Of a DNA stretch of 64,000 nt, positions 59,859 through 64,000 are shown piece by piece (within the stretch, counting starts at the first letter, position 1; every line of letters begins with the position of its first letter). Source of the DNA: Podospora anserina. Taxonomy: Eukaryota. Location of the stretch: positions 248,001 to 312,000 of the forward strand of contig CM030336.1 in assembly GCA_017654855.1 (NCBI GenBank), read 5' to 3'. The notes beneath the pieces are model-generated. The model saw nothing but the letters and a program-made list of their open reading frames with translations, searched no databases and had not been told where the DNA came from. Both the position numbers and the translations under genes were made by a program.

Positions 59859-61610
59859 ATGGCTGCTACCACCCCAGCTGTTCAGACCAGGCAAAAAAAG
59901 CCACTCATCGTCAATGCATTCGTTGAAATGTGTACGTATTCATTACCAGAATCAATCCCACTTGCTTGCATGAAAGAGGCACAGAAGACCCAGCTCAGCT
60001 CAACTGAACGCTTGCTAATGCTTCTGTTGGATTTCAGGCAGTGGGCACCAGTCCCCAGGACTTTGGCGGCACCCTGACGATGAGTCCTGGAAGTTCAATG
60101 ATCTTGACCATTGGGTTGAGCTTGCCAAGTTGCTAGAGGAGGCCAAGTTCCACGGCATTTTCATTGCTGATGTTTTGGGTGAGTAACAAGCCCCCTTTTC
60201 CAACCCCTGACTTTGAACACAAGCAAACAACACTGACACAACCGCAATAAAATAGGTGGTTATGATGTTTACAAGAATTCTCTGGACCCTGCTGTCATCA
60301 GCGGCGCTCAGTGGCCAGTGAACGAGCCTCTCTCCGTGGTGCCAGCCATGGCGGCGGCGACCAAGAACATTGGTTTCGGCGTCACCATTTCCACCACCTA
60401 CGAACAGCCGTACCATCTTGCCAGACGGCTTGCCACAGTCGACCATCTCACCAAGGGAAGGTCAGTTATTTTTGCCCCTTTCACCCACCCTCTGTCTCCA
60501 AACTAACACCACCTCCAGACTCGGCTGGAACGTCGTAACCTCCTACCTCGACTCCGCCGCCCGCAACATCCACGGCAAGGCCACCCAGCTCGCCCACGAC
60601 GACCGCTACGCCCAGGCGGAGGAGTACATGAAGGTCATGTACAAGCTCTTCCAGTCCTCCTGGCGCGACGACGCCGTCATCCTCGACCGCGAGAGGGGCA
60701 TCTACACCGACCCTGCCCTCGTCAGAGAGATCAACCACAAGGGCAAGTTCTTCGACGTCCCCGGTCCCGCCATCACCCAACCCTCCCCCCAGCGCACCCC
60801 CTTGCTCCTCCAAGCCGGCACCTCCCGCGCCGGCAAGATCTTCGCCGCTCAGCACGCCGAAGCCATCTTCACCTCCGCTCACTCCCCGGCCGTCTGCGCC
60901 AAGAGCATCACCGAGATCCGCGAGCTAGCTCGTACTGAGTTCGGCAGAGACGGGAACAAGATCAAGGTTCTGGCTTTGGTCACCCCGATTCTGGGAAGGA
61001 CAGAAGAGGAGGCGCAGGCTAAACACGCCGAGTACCGCAAGTACGCCTCGACCGAGGGTGCCCTGGCTTTGTTTGGCGGTTGGACAGGCATCGATCTTGA
61101 TCAGTACGGTGACGATGAGGAGCTGAGAGAGGTCGAGAGCAACGCTGTCAAGTCTACTGTCACTGGGTACGCCAAGTTTTCGCCGCAAAACTCCAAGTGG
61201 ACGAAGCACACTGTTGCTGAGCATGTTGCTATTGGTGGGAACGGGCCGATCATTGTTGGTACGCCCGAGCAGGTTGCCGATGGGTTGGAGAGGTGGGTGG
61301 AGGAGGGTGGGGTGGACGGGTTTAACTTTGTGAGTTTGTTCTTGCTTATTGGTGAAGAGAGTAACAGAGCTGACAGGAGACACAGGCTTACGCTCTCTTC
61401 CCGCAATCCTTCAAGGATATCATCGAGCTGCTTCTCCCAGAGCTGCGGAAGCGTGGTCTTTTCTGGGATGACTACGCCGTCCCAGGCGGCACATATCGCG
61501 AGAACTTCTACGGTGAGCCTGGACAGAAGCACCCACTACCTGAGCACGTTGCTGCCAAGTTCCAGTGGAGGGCTGGCGTGCCAGCGGAGGAGCACCAGAT
61601 TCCGGAATAA
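59859..61610 (+). CDS. FMNH2-dependent luciferase-like monooxygenase, DmoA/DszA/NtaA family (paralog 2, 484 aa)
   Basis: [101 protein letters not shown]. Introns 59932-60037, 60179-60255, 60461-60518, 61330-61385. Confidence 0.93.
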
Positions 61611-61751
61611 CTGGGGAAAATTCTCGATATCTTGATATACAGAAGAGACATATACACACTATGATGATCCCATCCTGCTCCGGTCCATCTGTGCATCCAA
61701 GTCCCGAAAGGACTTTACGTTATCATGAGGCATAAAGTAATAGTTAAAAGG

Positions 61752-61958
61752 GGCTATTACTATCCTTTTAAGCCTATTGACCACCTTCTAAGACCCATTA
61801 TTATTTTTGAAGCGCTATTAACAATCTTTTAACACCTATCAACTATCTTTAAATGTATACAGATTATCTCTCAAGGCCTATCAATTCACCTTTAACGTCT
61901 ATTCATTACCTATCAAGGCCTATAAAGCATATCTCAAAGGATACCAGCTATCTCCCAA
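61752..61958. repeat. Degenerate AT-rich 21-bp minisatellite (about 10 units)
   Basis: Seven consecutive 21-nt units (61812-61958, e.g. CACCTATCAACTATCTTTAAA, GGCCTATCAATTCACCTTTAA) preceded by three 20-nt units. Confidence 0.8.
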
Positions 61959-62076
61959 GCCTCCCTTGACGGGCAAAGATGGAGGTCTAGGCAGGCACAA
62001 CCTTAAACCCTGTGGCTTCTCCTCTTAACTCGAAAATATAAGGGTATCATATCTGATTCATTCTATATATTACATC

Positions 62077-63450
62077 TCACCACTTCACTCCCCAATCCCA
62101 CCCTTTTACTCGAACTCGGACCCAAAAGAAACACCCAAATGCGCCAACATAACTGGCGATAGCAAACACAAGTGGTCTCCAATAAGCCCTTCTATCCGTC
62201 TCTCCTCCCATGTCTACCAGGCCGCCGGCGATAGGTATTCCTGTCAAACATGCCAGGCTGGCAAAGGTGTAGGAAGTGGCGTAATACCGACCATAATCAT
62301 GCGTCTCGCACAACTGGCCCAAACAGATGGGCACCAACGTGATGTTGGAGCCACTGACAAGACCAAACAAGACTGCAAACCCCGTTATCAGTCCAGCACC
62401 ACCACCTCCATCTTGGCCGAGCGCATCGGGGAGCCAGAAGCAGGCGACAGACACGAGGCAGATAGCAATGGATACAACCATCGTGTTGTAGCGACCTGCT
62501 TTGTCGGCGATGTACCCAGGCAGATATCGCCCAATACAAGACGCCCCATTGATGATGGCAAGAAGCTGGTACGCGAACGCTGCATCACCTCCAGCGTCAG
62601 CATCCTCGGCCAGCCCCTGACGAGCGAGATAATAGCTTGGTATGTATGACACCGGGACAAAGTACGCCCACTCGATGAAGAAAACCCCAGCAGTCGTAAA
62701 TGCCATCGCTCCTGTACCATCAAGAAACATGCGTGGGTTGGGCAGCATATCTCGCCACGTAGAGGATGCCTTGGCCTGTCTGATCTCAAGACGACTTCGA
62801 CAAAGGAGCACACTGGCAACGCAAAGTACGAGCAGCACAAAACCGACGATTCTCATGGCCCATGCCCATCCGACCTTGGGCACCAGTGACTGCATCATCA
62901 AGGGCCACATGACACCCCCCAGTGCGCTCCCCACAAAGGCAAACCCACTGGCTGTCCCTCGTCGCTTGTCAAACCAATGTGAAATGGCCCCGATAGCAGG
63001 TGTGAAGAGAAGGGAACACCCAGTGCCGGTGAGGATGGAGAAGGCAAGGATGAACTGGTAATACTCGGTGCACTGAGCGGTGGTAAAGATGCCGACAAGC
63101 AGACAGACAGTCCCGAGAGCCATCAGTCCCTGGGGACCGTGTCGATCGAAGACGGGGCCGATCTGCACGCCGCAGAAATAGGAGACAAAAACAAAGATGC
63201 CAAAGATCCACCCGATGGCTTGGTTGGAGTAAGTCGGCAGTACAGTCGTTGCGACGAGGGCCTGGAACATGCCGACTGAGTTGACGAGTCCCATGCCACA
63301 AGTCATGGCACACCATGAACCAAAGGCCACGCTCCAGGCTTTGAAGCCGCCTTCGGGGTAGGTGATTTTCTTGGGGTCGACATTTTGATCTTCCGAGTCT
63401 TCTGGTGTGTTGATGGGTTTCTCAGTCGCAGGAGGCCCTGAAGTGCTCAT
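62077..63450 (-). CDS. MFS monocarboxylate-porter family transporter (Mch4/Mch5-like)
   Basis: YPEGGFKAWSVAFGSW; GPVFDRHGP; HWFDKRRGTASG; GRYLPGYIADKAGRYN; 12 TM segments, intronless. Confidence 0.9.
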   Translation of the reverse strand: MSTSGPPATEKPINTPEDSEDQNVDPKKITYPEGGFKAWSVAFGSWCAMTCGMGLVNSVGMFQALVATTVLPTYSNQAIGWIFGIFVFVSYFCGVQIGPVFDRHGPQGLMALGTVCLLVGIFTTAQCTEYYQFILAFSILTGTGCSLLFTPAIGAISHWFDKRRGTASGFAFVGSALGGVMWPLMMQSLVPKVGWAWAMRIVGFVLLVLCVASVLLCRSRLEIRQAKASSTWRDMLPNPRMFLDGTGAMAFTTAGVFFIEWAYFVPVSYIPSYYLARQGLAEDADAGGDAAFAYQLLAIINGASCIGRYLPGYIADKAGRYNTMVVSIAICLVSVACFWLPDALGQDGGGGAGLITGFAVLFGLVSGSNITLVPICLGQLCETHDYGRYYATSYTFASLACLTGIPIAGGLVDMGGETDRRAYWRPLVFAIASYVGAFGCFFWVRVRVKGWDWGVKW

Positions 63451-63637
63451 GGTGCTGGCCGCAGTCGGCGGGAGGGGGGATCAGGTCGGGTGCCTGATTG
63501 GTAATATTTCCGGAGAAGCAGTAGCTGTCAGGCTCAGATACTTTCCTGTTGAGCTTGATAGTCAATCCCATGTGAGGTAGGAAGGTGCGAACATTGAAGG
63601 TGCTCACTCACTTTGTTGACAAACACTCTCATGATCG

Positions 63638-63647
63638 ATTGCGTCAT
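63638..63647. promoter_or_regulatory. ATTGCGTCAT box upstream of the MCH-like transporter
   Basis: One base from ATTGCGCCAT; about 190 bp above the ATG. Confidence 0.45.
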
Positions 63648-64000
63648 TGGTCAAACCGATACCACATCGGCAGGAAAGAGCATCGACTGTCCAAACCAGT
63701 CGGCGGAATAGACTCAGTGATTATTGAGAGGATGAGCAGAAGTTCGCGCGGCTATGGTGTTTAATAACTGCCATTTTCAGGGAATCCCGAAAGCTCGCAT
63801 GTTCTCAAGGTAACAGTAGGTCAGGTTCACCGCACTCGATGATTTAGGCCGCGGCCTTTGACCATGTCGATCATGACGATCCACCGCATCCCATCGAGAT
63901 CTCTTTCTGTAAGTAAGAAGATGGAAATAGCACCAATCAGAGACACAACTACGCGATCAGTTACAGGTCTATACTGACTGGTATCGAGTATTTAAGGTCG

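Noticed and set aside
61752-61958. CRISPR-like interpretation of the periodic array
   Set aside because: Eukaryotic context, contiguous degenerate units without unique spacers, and no cas genes.

Overview
Eukaryotic, intron-containing DNA from a filamentous ascomycete (short GT..CTRAC..YAG introns, HET-domain gene, CVNH lectin). The style suggests Sordariales, probably Podospora-like; this is an inference. The left part (1-36.5 kb) is mostly conserved genes: a HET-domain gene running off the window start, a K+/H+ antiporter, an acidic 2EXR-like protein, a SidL-like siderophore acetyltransferase, the mitochondrial Ca2+ uniporter, Zn2Cys6 and C2H2 transcription factors, YVH1, VFA1, RTT106, an aspartic protease and a CVNH lectin. 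36.7-40.4 kb is an accessory pocket with an orphan gene and two tandem decayed paralogs. The most interesting region is about 43.7-63.5 kb, which looks like a co-regulated organosulfur-scavenging cluster. It holds two DmoA/DszA-family FMNH2 monooxygenases, a BVMO-type flavin monooxygenase, an MDR reductase, a Seo1-like permease and two more MFS transporters. Its promoters carry repeated CYS-3/MetR-like ATTGCGCCAT boxes and a shared 20-bp motif, and its four soluble enzymes are strongly depleted in Met+Cys. A DMATS prenyltransferase and a GNAT flank it. A tRNA-Thr, a secreted protein and an atypical transmembrane GH72 are embedded in it. Gene models and residue counts were made by hand and need confirmation.
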